From contig JBHGNT010000001.1 in NCBI GenBank assembly GCA_043228905.1, positions 1,488,001 through 1,552,000 on the forward strand: a DNA stretch of 64,000 bases. The letters run 5' to 3'. The position numbers and the translations under genes are program-made. Of this stretch, positions 13,201-24,404 are shown piece by piece (the first letter of the stretch is position 1; each line of letters begins with the position of its first letter). The notes beneath the pieces are model-generated. The model made no database searches, was not told the origin of the DNA, and saw only the letters and a program-made list of their open reading frames with translations. Source of the DNA: Azolla caroliniana. Its lineage: Eukaryota > Plantae > Polypodiophyta.

Positions 13201-14371
13201 CATGTGCGACCGAACCTGTACGACGACTGCATGAGACTGCACCAGAAAGTACATCAAGAGATCACGGTCAACAATGAGTTGTCTGTTTCATTTGCCAGAG
13301 CTTTTGCATACGAGTATTGCAAAACAACGAAGGAATCTCATGACCCTGAAATGTACACGGTAGCTTGGGCAATTTATGGTGAGGCATCGGTAGAAAGATG
13401 TCGGAAGATGGGGAGCTTGCAACAAAAAATGGCAAGATTTTGGACCATGGTAGTTGATGATGCAATTGCTGACTCCCAACAAACTTGCAAGTATACGCAA
13501 CACCGACACACAATGAAAGCCAATGTCGATGATACAAGTGAGACATTGATTAGCTATATGCTAAAAAATGTCCATGAAGCCTATGAGACATAGGAGTTTT
13601 TTAAGACTGATTTAGAGAAATCAACATTAGCTGATGTGATGGAGAGCAAAGTCACTTTGGTAGTTACAACAATCAGAAATAAGATTCAGGTACCTATTGT
13701 TTTGCTAGTATGTAATATGTTATAAATAACTTGTACATGAAAATGTGCTACTAAGGCATTATCTGGAACAAGTTGCTCAATGTGAACTTGAAATTGATGG
13801 GTCGTTGGATACCCAGCGGAAAATTCAACTGCAGACAGAGATCCAGGTTCTTTCAATGAACCTGGACCTTCTAGGTGTAAATATTATCGCTGATTACAAG
13901 TTGGAAAAACTACAAGTAAGTTAATGATTCTTGTTTCTTGTTGTTGTATCTTCCTCATTAAGGAATAATTAATCGGTAAATTTCTTGGTTGCGTTGAAGG
14001 AACAATACTCCCGTCAAGAACATGTAGTTAGCTGCCTTAAGAAGCAGCTACATTTTGCGGAGGGGATGGTAAGGAGAAGACAAGAATTGGACATGAACAT
14101 TCTTGCTCCCTTACCAAATAAAGGAGAACCAGGAAACGATATATTGACTATTCAAGCACGTTGCATCGCTTGTGGATTACGTGTAGAGGACAAATCTGCT
14201 ACTCTGTTGGTTCACCTACAACCATGCCAGCACACATACCATATCGTTTGTTTTCAATATGTTTGTCGCATTGCTGCATTCTGTTTGGGGGATTGTAGTA
14301 CACCTCTCCCAGATGAGTGGAGAAAACACATAGGTAAAATTGCTACTTGTGACCATAGTGTAGCTAATTAG
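10214..14371 (+). pseudogene. Transposon cargo gene: unknown N-terminal domain, helical region and RING-H2 finger; interrupted by gypsy fragment E
   Basis: Putative first exon 10214-10326 (MEYSEHERRRSP...|gtatgt); coding blocks ~10800-11055, 13074-13690, ~13770-13915 and ~14000-14333; RING-H2 pattern CIAC...PCQHTYHIVC...CLGDC; in-frame stops present; exon model approximate. Confidence 0.6.
11056..13073 (+). mobile_element. Truncated non-autonomous Ty3/gypsy derivative E: 5' LTR 11056-11789, tRNA-Trp PBS, gag N-terminus, no pol, no 3' LTR
   Basis: LTR (T>G)GTCGTGAAGA...TCACGACA; PBS TGGTGAACCTGACATGA at 11794-11810; gag-like VGRFNGDDVPRFLEAYNA resembles IGRFSGKDATKYLAS of element D. Confidence 0.8.
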
Positions 14372-14560
14372 TTCCATCTTTGCTAATTAGGTAAGTTGTA
14401 TAAAGTGTGGAAACTATTTAGCTATTATGGTTGTAGTGTAGTAGCTAATTACCTAACATGTAGTTAATTAGCTAAGTGGTAGCTAATTAGCCACTACCAT
14501 ACTTTAGCTGAGTAGCTAATTACCTAAGTGGTAGCCAATTAGCTACAATCATAGTTTAGT
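14350..14560. repeat. Short TAGCTAATTAGCTA-based array between the RING and FCP1-like exons
   Basis: GTAGCTAATTAGC(C/T)ACTACCATA-type units, same family as 38320-39370. Confidence 0.85.
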
Positions 14561-14590
14561 GTAGTTGGTGTAACAAAGGCTTAGTTACAG

Positions 14591-15154
14591 GAATGGAAAC
14601 CTAAACCATTAGAAGTCGAAAGAAGAGCCTTGATCTTGGAGCTTGATAAAGTCCTGATGAGTGTGCGATATATGACACCAAGGAGGGACGCAAATCAATT
14701 TCTGGAGTGGGTTGTGCAATACTTGGATTTGTTTATTTGGGGCAAAAAACCACGTACAGATGTGTGGAAGTGTGTAGAAAGATTCTTCCCGAAGTGGCGA
14801 CAACATTTTAAGGGTTTGCGGACACGAGAGAATTGTGAGCAGAAGGATGTTGCAAGATTCAAAAGACTTTCTGATTTTTGGGACACTTGGCCAGATTATA
14901 ATGCCGACAATACGTTGATTCTAGATACAGAACATTTCCGACAATACTTCAACATTCGCAAATGTTGTCTCATTCTACTCGATGAAATGCTTGAACACTA
15001 TTTGGTGAAAACATTGAGCTGCCAACTAGCTACATGGTTGTGGACTCCATACCGAGCTCAATATGCAGATCATATATGTAGAGAAGTTCCACTGACCAGC
15101 AAGAGCTTAGCTGTTTATAGGCGATTTGAAGACATTGGCAATGGGATGTTATAA
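14591..15154 (+). CDS. FCP1/NIF-like HAD phosphatase domain with degenerate catalytic motifs (transposon cargo exon)
   Basis: Acceptor tacag|14591; ALILELDKVL (motif I position), R..ANQFLEWV..YLDLFIW, FKRLSDFWDTWPDYNADNTLILDT matching the NIF-family pattern K.L..lW....Y...NTLLlDD; open to the stop at 15154. Confidence 0.7.
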   Translation, partial: EWKPKPLEVERRALILELDKVLMSVRYMTPRRDANQFLEWVVQYLDLFIWGKKPRTDVWKCVERFFPKWRQHFKGLRTRENCEQKDVARFKRLSDFWDTWPDYNADNTLILDTEHFRQYFNIRKCCLILLDEMLEHYLVKTLSCQLATWLWTPYRAQYADHICREVPLTSKSLAVYRRFEDIGNGML

Positions 15155-16065
15155 ATATGTAATTTGCTACCACTTAATTAATGAAGAATTAAATTGCTTG
15201 TTTTGAGTAACTTATCTACTGTGTAATTTTAAGAGTATGTTCAGGATTGCTGATTTCATGATAGTGCTTTTTCTTAAAATTATGCAAACTATTTTAACTT
15301 GTACATGGTTCACTTGAGTAAATCTGTATCTCAGAAAGAAGAACCCTAAACGATATTATTAAACTGTATATCAGAAAGAAGACTGTATATAAAAATGACA
15401 CACGATTTTGTTGAGAAAGAAGCACAAAAAGTAAATTGTATAGAAAAAAAAAACTCCCAAATAGGCCCATTAAACTGTTTATTTGCATTACATGTGCTTT
15501 GTTTGTTTTACAAGAAAATTGGTAATTGCTACTTGTAGCTACAAATTCCATGGCATACTGTTGTAAATACATTCATACACATTAGCACTAGCTGTGTATA
15601 AACCTGAGCAGTTATTGTATTGCGACATTGGGACATTAATGTGTTAGGAAACAGGTCCCTTCGGATGGGAAGTGAGAAGACCCGGTGAGAACTGGATGAG
15701 GAGTACCCGGCAACGGAAGACCCGGTGAGAACCGGATGAGGAGTACCCGACAACGGAAGACCCGGTGAGAACCGGATGAGGAGTACCCGGCAACGGAAGA
15801 CCCGGTGAGAACCGGATGAGCAGTACCTAGAAATGGAAGACTCGATGAGAACCGGATGATGAGTGCCCGGAAAGCGCCGGATGATGCAGGCCCGGTGAGG
15901 AGTGCTCACCGGATGAAGGGACATATTCGTAAATATGTTTCTGAGAGTCCATCGGGGCTATATTTGTAAATAGCCGAAAAGTCATTTTAGTATAAATATG
16001 ACTTAGGGCAAACTTAGTGTACAGGTTGTCATTGTCGTTGTCGCGATTGTGAGAAAGCAACCGTG

Positions 16066-16130
<65 letters not shown>

Positions 16131-16439
16131 CAAGATATAGAGAGGTCATTGCCTCTGTTGTAACCGCCGCCTGTGGCGAAGATCGTGTTGCCTCCATGAG
16201 CTCACTGTTGTAATCATTGTGATATAGTGATAGTTTGGAGTCTGTGGACTCCCGTGGTTTTTCCCTCTCAGGGTTTTCGACGTTAATATCCTGTGTATTT
16301 TTTTCTTGTTTGTGCACTTACCTCCATTCTTCATTTCTTCTGTGTTCGACTATACAAAGTGATTCACTATTCGGTTGTTGCCGGAGACTATTCCGCGTAT
16401 TCCTCGACAAAGTGGTATCAGAGCGAAACGACACAGAAA

Positions 16440-16911
16440 ATGGACGAATCGTTGGGAGGCATGTTCAAGCTCATCGGTTCCAACTATTCCGTGTGGAAGT
16501 CGAAGATGAGGGACATGCTCGTGGTTAAAGATCTTTGGTTGCCGGTTCAATTTGGGGACAAGAGACCGAACAAAATCGACGCCACGGTATGGGAGGTGAT
16601 GCACATGAAGACAACAACGTACATACGGTGCTTCATCGACATGAGCCTATACAACAACTTCAATGAAGAGAGCAAGGCTCATGAGCTCTGGGAGAAGATC
16701 GGCATTATGTTTCAGAACAAAAATGTTGTTAACCAGGTTTCAGTATTCCGGAAGCTAGTAAGACTCCGGTACCAAGATGGCTCCAGCATGGCGGACCACA
16801 TGAATGCCTTCCAGGGGCTGATACACCAGGCAACATCATTGGAAGTACCTCTCGCCGATGAGGTACTAGCGCTGCTCCTGCTCGGTTCCCTCCCGAATAG
16901 CTGGGAGACGT
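16440..16911 (+). pseudogene. Copia A gag N-terminal fragment
   Basis: NYSVWKSKMRDMLVVKDLW...LLLLGSLPNSWET, cut by the gypsy B LTR. Confidence 0.9.
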
Positions 16912-18783
16912 TGTCTCGTTGTTACGCACGTGCGTGGAGAACAAAGCGGGACCACTGGGGTCTTGGACCGAGGAATAGGTGAGAAAAGGGGGAGAGAGAG
17001 AGAGAGAGAGACACTCACACACGCATAGACAAAGAAGTGCACGGGGACGCGGCCCAACAACACAGGAGACACGAGTTGAGAACACTAGCGTATGTATATA
17101 AATATGTGTATGTATTTGGATGTATGCAGACGACTCGAACGGTTACAGCCGATTAGGTTGGCGAGATGGATGATGGCGCCTGATCACCCACGCACACAGG
17201 GGAGCAAGATGGAGATTCTGCCGGAAGCACACGGGCGTTCCCCGGAGCAGAATCAGCCTCCTGAGAACCTTCGCAAAAGAAAGCTATGGAGAACGATAGA
17301 GAAGAAGAGCTCGGTCCCAGTCCGACAGCACTTCGTCCCCTCTAGCGCGCGATACCTTCTCTCCCCGTCTCCCTCTCTTTTATAGCTCAAGGAGGGAGGC
17401 CGTTTCACCCGTTTACATCACATTAATTCTCTGTCCTTTCGGACAGAGATACTCCTCGATTTCCCTTATAGAATATTGCTACCTAGGATTTGACTTTTGT
17501 GCCTACCTATCTACTATACAAGGGGCGTGCCCACGTGTAAGGGCTGGTTCACACACGCTATACACAGTTTGCGCCTGGGGACGGTTTTCTTCACGACATC
17601 CGCCCCCACCTAACCGTGCATCCACCGGTATGCGCCAAAATTGGGTTCCTACGGGAGAAAACCGATCCTTGCTTTTATTCCTCGTTTACCGGTTCATCCA
17701 CCGCCTCGGGCTGCTCGTTGTTGTTGTCCATGCCCCCTAGCTCTGGCTCACCATCGTGTCGTTTCTTGAACGCTTTGATCCTCTTCCCCGCTACCAGTAT
17801 CGCCACACTCGTACCGTCGAGCTCCACGAGATGGTACGTCCCATTGTCGTTGGTGCCTGTTACTACGTAAGGCCCGAACCACCTCCTCGCAAACTTCCGC
17901 GTGGCCCTGTGCTAATTGTCGAGGTTGTTGTCGTAGACTAGCACCCAGTCGCCTTCCTCGATCTTCCTTGGCCGGAGCCGGTGTGTTCGGTCGAACCGGG
18001 CTTTGTTCCTTATCCTCGCTACCCGAAGTTTCTCCGCGGCTCGCTCTACGTCCTCCGGCCTCCGCTCAAGCTGTCGAATCCGCGCCGCCAACAGTTCCTC
18101 CCGGCTCATCTCATCCCTCCAATCCACCGTGGCCCACGAGGAGATCGTTCGCTCTGTTGGCATGATCGGCTTCTGTTCGAACATAAGCTCTACCGACATC
18201 AACCCGGTTACCGAACTGTGCGTAGTCCAGTCCACCCACAAGGCATAAGGTAGTAGCCTTAGCCAGTTCCCGACTTGGCCTCCGCACGCCCGTACTAGCG
18301 CTTTGACAATCGGCCCGTGTCCGCGCTCTACCTTCCCATTCGCCTCCGGATTGTACGCTGTGGTGAGTGAAAGTTTGACTCCTAGCCGGTTGAACAACTC
18401 TTCGGCCTCTTCTGCGTCCAACTCACCACGGTCAGCCACGATCTTCCCTACGCACCCGTATCGACATACCACGTCCTTAATCAAAAACCGGCACACGACT
18501 GCAGTCGTCTTGTTCTGCAGAGCTCGGCCTTCAACCTGGTTCGTTAGATCCTCCCGAGCCAGCACCAGATACCGCATCTGCCCTACCCCCATTGGCATCG
18601 TCACCAAATCCACCATCCACTTGAAGTGGACGGTCGGAGGGTAGGTCGGGTGAAGCTCGTCCCGGTGTCGGATCATGCAGTGCACCTGACAGCTTTCGCA
18701 AGTCGTCACGAACCGATGCACGTCCCGGTATAGTCCTGGCCACCAATACTTCCCCTTTAGCTTTTCGAACGTGGCCCACGTTC

Positions 18784-21700
18784 TGTTGGGAATCGACGTT
18801 TCGATTCACCTTCTCCGCTCGGCCACAACCGAGTAATCGCTAATCGATGCAGCAGAAAATAGGAAATACAGAGAAAGCCACGATACACAGGGATTAACGT
18901 GGAAAACCCTATACGGGAAAAACCACGGGAGTGCGAGACTCCAAACCAAACTATACAGAGAAGTATACAATGGCGAGATGCAAGGCGACGACCTTGAGCT
19001 CGCTGTCCTCGCCACAGGCGGCGGAAATACACAGAGGCGTCTACCTCTTCCTCTCTCTCGCGCTCTATCTCTCTCTCTCACGGCTGCTTACACTTCACTC
19101 CTCTAGAGTGGAAAAACAGAAAAATGAGAAGCAACAATAAAACTGTTTGCCCTAAGTCATATTTATACACATATGACTTTGGGGCTATTTACAACTGTGG
19201 CCTCAGGGGCCTATGGCGAACATATTCACGGATATGTCCCTGCATCCGGATCGCTCTCCGGGTACATTCGTCATCCGGTACCGAAACCGGGGTCTTCGTC
19301 ATCCAGATCCGAAACCGAAACCGGGCTTGTCGGCATTCATCTCCGATATCCGACCATCCCATCCGAAAGGGACCGAAATCCCAACAAACTCCCCCTTCAC
19401 TTCGGCATGGGATGTCTCTCCAATCCGATCCTCTTCCGGCATGCTTCCAGCTTGTCGGGTGTGAGCACCTTGGTCAGCATATCCGACCCGTTCTCGTCCG
19501 TGTGGATCTTCGTCAGCACGAACTCCTTGTCTTCTATCCTTTCCCGGATCCAGTGATATCTTCGCTGGATGTGCTTCGTCCGGGAGTGATAGGCCGCGTT
19601 CTTCGCAAGGTGGATTGCACTCTGACTATCGCAGTAGAGTCGGTACTCCTCCTGTTGGATACCGAGCTCTCTAATGAAGTCCTTCATCCATATTATTTCC
19701 TTGCCGGCTTCAACAGCCGCCATGTACTCCGCCTCCGTGGTTGACAACGCAACCGTCTTCTGCAGCCTCGACTGCCAGGAAACAGCTCCCCCTGCATACG
19801 TCATCACATACCCTGATGTGGACCGGCTGGTATTTGCATCAGCCGACATATCCGAATCGGTGAAGCCGTCGAGTTCGGGCTTACCGGAGCCGAATCGGAG
19901 GCACACGTTCGCCGTGCCCTTCAGGTATCGGAGTATCCACTTGGCCGCGTTCCAATGCTCTTTGCCGGGATTGCTCATGTACCGGCTCACCACTCCGACT
20001 GCATATCCGATGTCCGGTCTCGTACACACCATGGCGTACATCAAGCTCCCGACGGCTGAGGCATACGGCACTTTCATCATATCCTCCTTTTCAGCCTTTG
20101 TCTTGGGACTTTGCTTGCTGGACAGCTTGCAGTTTGCCGGGAGGGTCGATCCGACCGGTCTTGCTTCCGACATGTTGAACCGGTGAAGCACCTTCGTCAC
20201 GTACTTCTCCTGTGACAGCCACAACTGCTTCTTCTTCCGGTCCCGGATGATGTGCATCCCTAGTATTTGCCTCGCCGGACCCAGGTCCTTCATTGAGAAG
20301 GTTCGGTGAAGAGCCTTCTTCAGCATCCGTATCTTGACCTGGTCCCGTCCGACGATCAACATGTCGTCCACGTACAGGAGGAGTATTAGAAAGTCTCCTC
20401 CTTCGAATTTCTTCACAAACACGCAGTGGTCGGACTGCGTTTTGAGGTACCCTTCGTCGGTCATGAAGGAGTCGAACTTCCGGTACCATTGCCGGGGAGC
20501 CTGCTTCAGTCCGTAAAGGCTCTTCTTCAGCCGGCATACCAGGTGCTCCTTCCCTTTCTTCTCGAATCCTTCCGGTTGCTGCATGTAGATCTCTTCTTCG
20601 AGGTCACCGTGAAGGAATGCCGTCTTCACGTCCATCTGTTCTACCTCGAGGTCCATGCTTGCCGCTATGCTCAGCACCGTCCGGATGGAGGTCATCTTCA
20701 CTACCGGGGCAAATATCTCGTCGAAGTCGACGCCCTTCTTCTGCTGAAACCCCTTCACCACGATCCTGGCTTTGTATCTCGGGGGGTTTCCGGCATCTCC
20801 CGGTTTCAGCTTGAACACCCACTTGTTTCGAAGTGCTCGCTTTCCTTTCGGCAACTCCACAAGTTCATATGTGTGGTTCTCATGCAGGGAATCCATCTCC
20901 TCCTGCATGGCACTTAACCACCTGCGGCTATGGGTGTCATGCTTCGCTTCTTCAAAGCTCTCCGGCTCCCCTTCGTCGGTTAGCAGCACGTGCTCTGGTT
21001 CCGGAAATCTCCGGGGGGCCCTTCTCTCTCTAAGAGGATATCTCCGTTCTGGAGCTTCGGTAATCGGTTCTTCCGATTCTTCTTCATCCGAATCCATTTC
21101 GGGATCAGGGCCGGTTCCGGTATCATTTTCATCTTCTTCGGTCGGTTCGGTTTCTTCACCGTCTTCGGCCGGATCCTCGAGTGCTAACCGGTTCCTTGCC
21201 GGTCGGGACTGCTCCTCGTAGAGTTGATCCTCACCGGTCGACTTGGAGCTCTTCATCTTCTTCTCCGACTCCCAGTCGGCGAGTGTCTTGTCCTCCATAA
21301 AGACGATATCTCGACTCCTGAATATCTTCTTGTCGACCGGGTCCCATACTCGGTAGCCGAACTCGTCGTCGCCGTAACCGAGGAATATGCATGGCCGGGT
21401 CTTTGGATCTAGCTTTCCTCTCCGGTCCTTTGCCACATGCACGTATGCGAGACACCCGAACACCTTCAGATGCCGGTAAGATATTTCCTTACCGGTCCAC
21501 ACTCTCTGCGGCGTGTCTCCGTCCAAAGGTACTGAGGGTGATCTATTTATCACATATGTCGCCGTCGACATTGCCTCAGCCCAAAATCCCTTGGGTAATT
21601 TCGCATGCGCCAGCATACTCCGGACCCTCTCCATTATGGTCCGGTTCATCCTCTTGGCCAGCCCGTTCAGTTCCGGCGTCTTCGGCACAGTAAACTCGAG

Positions 21701-24102
21701 TCGGATTCCCTTCGAGCGACAGTACTCCTGGAACTGCCCCCGGTATTCCCCTCCGTTATCCGCTCGTATCGCTTTCAGCTTCTTGCCGGATTCCCTTTCC
21801 ACTCTCGCGTGGAGTTCTTTGAAGACGGACAATACTTGGTCCTTTGTCTTCAACGGTGCCGTCCACAGTCTTCGGCTGTGATCATCTATGAATGTTACGA
21901 AGTACTGGGCTCCGCCATGTGACTTCGTTTCTACCTGACACACGTCGGTGTGCACCAACTCCAATGGTGCGCTACGTCTCGTCGGTGGCCTTGAGTGGAA
22001 GGAGGTTCGGTTCTGCTTACCGGCCAGGCAGTCGGTGCACTTCTCCAGGTGCACATGCTTCACCGGAATAAGGTTGTCTTCTGCAAGCCTCTTCATCCCC
22101 TTCTCACTCATGTGGCACAGTCTTTTGTGCCACAGCTCACCGGCAGTGTCGGCTGCCACATTCAGCTCTTCCGGACATAACCGGGCATTCATCAGGTACA
22201 GTGTGTTGACCTTCCGGGCCCGAGCCACTATCAAGCTCCCCTTGCTGAACTTCATGACACCGTTCCGGATGCTACCCGTGTAGCCTTCATCATCTAGCCT
22301 CCCGGCCGAAATCAGGTTCAGTCGGACCTCCGGAACGTGTCGGACATTCTTCAGCAGCATTTTGCATCCGGTCGGGGTTGTCAACCACACGTCTCCTATG
22401 CCGGCAATCCGGCACGTACCTTCGTTTCCCATCCGAACACAGCCATGCTCGCCGGCTGTGTAGGATGAGAAGTATCTTCTCTCCGGGGTCAGGTGGAACG
22501 ATGCTCCGGAATCGACCACCCAGGTCGTCTCATCGCCGGCAATGTTTAGTTCACCTTCTTCGGTGATGAGCATGATCTCCTCTTCACTTGCCGCGAGTGC
22601 CGTCGTTCCTTTCCGGTCCTGTCCTCGCCGATCCGAACCATTCCGGTCCGTGGCTCCCCGGTATGCACCGTTTCTCTCCGGTGACTTCTTCGAATCGGTG
22701 TTGTCGGTTCCATTGTCTTTTCGGTAATGCCGACAATTCTTTCGGAAGTGCCCGGGCTTCCCACAGTGGAAGCATGTGGGCCTTCCTCTTGACTGCGACC
22801 GGGTCCCCGACTTCTCCCGTCTTTGCGGACTCCGGTTCCATTGTCTTCCCCGATCCGATTCGGTAAACAACATCTTCGGGTCGGAGGCCGGTTCCTTATC
22901 TCTCCGACGCGCTTCTTCATTCAAAATACTTGTCTTTACCGTTTGTAAGGACAAGTTATCTTCGGTGCAGGAGGTGCTGAGAGTCACCACCAAGTTCTCC
23001 CAGCTTTCCGGCAATGTACACATCAGGATGATGGCTTGCATTGCATCCTCCAATGGGAACTTGATCGCCGCAAGCTGATTCACGAATCCCATGAACGTGC
23101 TTATGTGTTCCACCATACTCTCGCCGTCCCGGTACTTGAGATTCACAATCTTCCTCATCAGGGAGGTCCGGTTCAGCGCATTCTTCCTCTCGTAGAGGCC
23201 CGACAGCTTCCGCCACATCTCATATGCGTTGGTGTCGTTCGCCACATGTTGTAGGACTCTTACATCGACATATTGTCGGATCGTCGCCACGGCTTTCCGG
23301 TTCAGGAGCTTCCACTCCGACTCAAGTACCCCCTTCGGTATTTCCGACCTGTCAATCGGTTCGTACAGGTCCCGAACAATCAGAAGATCCTCCATCTTGA
23401 TCTTCCAGTCGGCGTAATTCTGTGCATTCAGCACCATCATCATCGGCTGCCCGCTGCCGCCGCCTTCCATTTTCTGCAACAGTCGCTCTGATACCAGTTT
23501 GTTGGGAATCGACGTTTCGATTCACCTTCTCCGCTCGGCCACAACCGAGTAATCGCTAATCGATGCAGCAGAAAATAGGAAATACAGAGAAAGCCACGAT
23601 ACACAGGGATTAACGTGGAAAACCCTATACGGGAAAAACCACGGGAGTGCGAGACTCCAAACCAAACTATACAGAGAAGTATACAATGGCGAGATGCAAG
23701 GCGACGACCTTGAGCTCGCTGTCCTCGCCACAGGCGGCGGAAATACACAGAGGCGTCTACCTCTTCCTCTCTCTCGCGCTCTATCTCTCTCTCTCACGGC
23801 TGCTTACACTTCACTCCTCTAGAGTGGAAAAACAGAAAAATGAGAAGCAACAATAAAACTGTTTGCCCTAAGTCATATTTATACACATATGACTTTGGGG
23901 CTATTTACAACTGTGGCCTCAGGGGCCTATGGCGAACATATTCACGGATATGTCCCTGCATCCGGATCGCTCTCCGGGTACATTCGTCATCCGGTACCGA
24001 AACCGGGGTCTTCGTCATCCGGATCCGAAACCGAAACCGGGCTTGTCGGCATTCATCTCCGATATCCGACCATCCCATCCGAAAGGGACCGAAATCCCAA
24101 CA
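18784..24102 (-). mobile_element. Intact young Ty1/copia element C; LTRs 18784-19386 and 23500-24102 (603 bp each)
   Basis: Perfect 5-bp TSD CGTTC; iMet PBS 23485-23496; PPT 19387-19399; one LTR difference seen by eye; inserted in gypsy B integrase. Confidence 0.97.
19397..23470 (-). CDS. Copia gag-pol polyprotein (gag, CCHC, protease, integrase, RT, RNase H), uninterrupted
   Basis: CFHCGKPGHFRKNC, WVVDSGAS, LWHKRLCH...CTDC, VHTD/RADNGGE, MDVKTAFLHG, LYVDDML, YCDSQSAIHL. Confidence 0.97.
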   Translation of the reverse strand: MEGGGSGQPMMMVLNAQNYADWKIKMEDLLIVRDLYEPIDRSEIPKGVLESEWKLLNRKAVATIRQYVDVRVLQHVANDTNAYEMWRKLSGLYERKNALNRTSLMRKIVNLKYRDGESMVEHISTFMGFVNQLAAIKFPLEDAMQAIILMCTLPESWENLVVTLSTSCTEDNLSLQTVKTSILNEEARRRDKEPASDPKMLFTESDRGRQWNRSPQRREKSGTRSQSRGRPTCFHCGKPGHFRKNCRHYRKDNGTDNTDSKKSPERNGAYRGATDRNGSDRRGQDRKGTTALAASEEEIMLITEEGELNIAGDETTWVVDSGASFHLTPERRYFSSYTAGEHGCVRMGNEGTCRIAGIGDVWLTTPTGCKMLLKNVRHVPEVRLNLISAGRLDDEGYTGSIRNGVMKFSKGSLIVARARKVNTLYLMNARLCPEELNVAADTAGELWHKRLCHMSEKGMKRLAEDNLIPVKHVHLEKCTDCLAGKQNRTSFHSRPPTRRSAPLELVHTDVCQVETKSHGGAQYFVTFIDDHSRRLWTAPLKTKDQVLSVFKELHARVERESGKKLKAIRADNGGEYRGQFQEYCRSKGIRLEFTVPKTPELNGLAKRMNRTIMERVRSMLAHAKLPKGFWAEAMSTATYVINRSPSVPLDGDTPQRVWTGKEISYRHLKVFGCLAYVHVAKDRRGKLDPKTRPCIFLGYGDDEFGYRVWDPVDKKIFRSRDIVFMEDKTLADWESEKKMKSSKSTGEDQLYEEQSRPARNRLALEDPAEDGEETEPTEEDENDTGTGPDPEMDSDEEESEEPITEAPERRYPLRERRAPRRFPEPEHVLLTDEGEPESFEEAKHDTHSRRWLSAMQEEMDSLHENHTYELVELPKGKRALRNKWVFKLKPGDAGNPPRYKARIVVKGFQQKKGVDFDEIFAPVVKMTSIRTVLSIAASMDLEVEQMDVKTAFLHGDLEEEIYMQQPEGFEKKGKEHLVCRLKKSLYGLKQAPRQWYRKFDSFMTDEGYLKTQSDHCVFVKKFEGGDFLILLLYVDDMLIVGRDQVKIRMLKKALHRTFSMKDLGPARQILGMHIIRDRKKKQLWLSQEKYVTKVLHRFNMSEARPVGSTLPANCKLSSKQSPKTKAEKEDMMKVPYASAVGSLMYAMVCTRPDIGYAVGVVSRYMSNPGKEHWNAAKWILRYLKGTANVCLRFGSGKPELDGFTDSDMSADANTSRSTSGYVMTYAGGAVSWQSRLQKTVALSTTEAEYMAAVEAGKEIIWMKDFIRELGIQQEEYRLYCDSQSAIHLAKNAAYHSRTKHIQRRYHWIRERIEDKEFVLTKIHTDENGSDMLTKVLTPDKLEACRKRIGLERHPMPK

Positions 24103-24404
24103 CGTTCCACGGTGTCTAGCCCAAGGACTATCGTGGTAATCTGCCAGCAAATCCTCCTGTTCCTCCTTCTTCGCCACCACTCGGAGTGGGATGTCGTTCC
24201 TCTTCTTCCGGTGCTTCCATATGTACCCGTCCCGAAGAAAGAATCGGTACGCTTTCTTCCGAATCCGGTTGGCCTCATCCGTTGTCCATGCCGCGTCCGG
24301 TGTCATTGTTTTCAGGAACTCGCCAATCTACAGCCACTCCCCATTGTACTTGCTCTCGTCGAAATCGTTAAGCGTTGGAGTGTATTCCCTACCGGTTGTT
24401 ACAT

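Noticed and set aside
12901-13593. 230-aa ORF as a single gene
   Set aside because: Chimeric: the first ~58 codons are gypsy E sequence and the rest is the transposon cargo exon.
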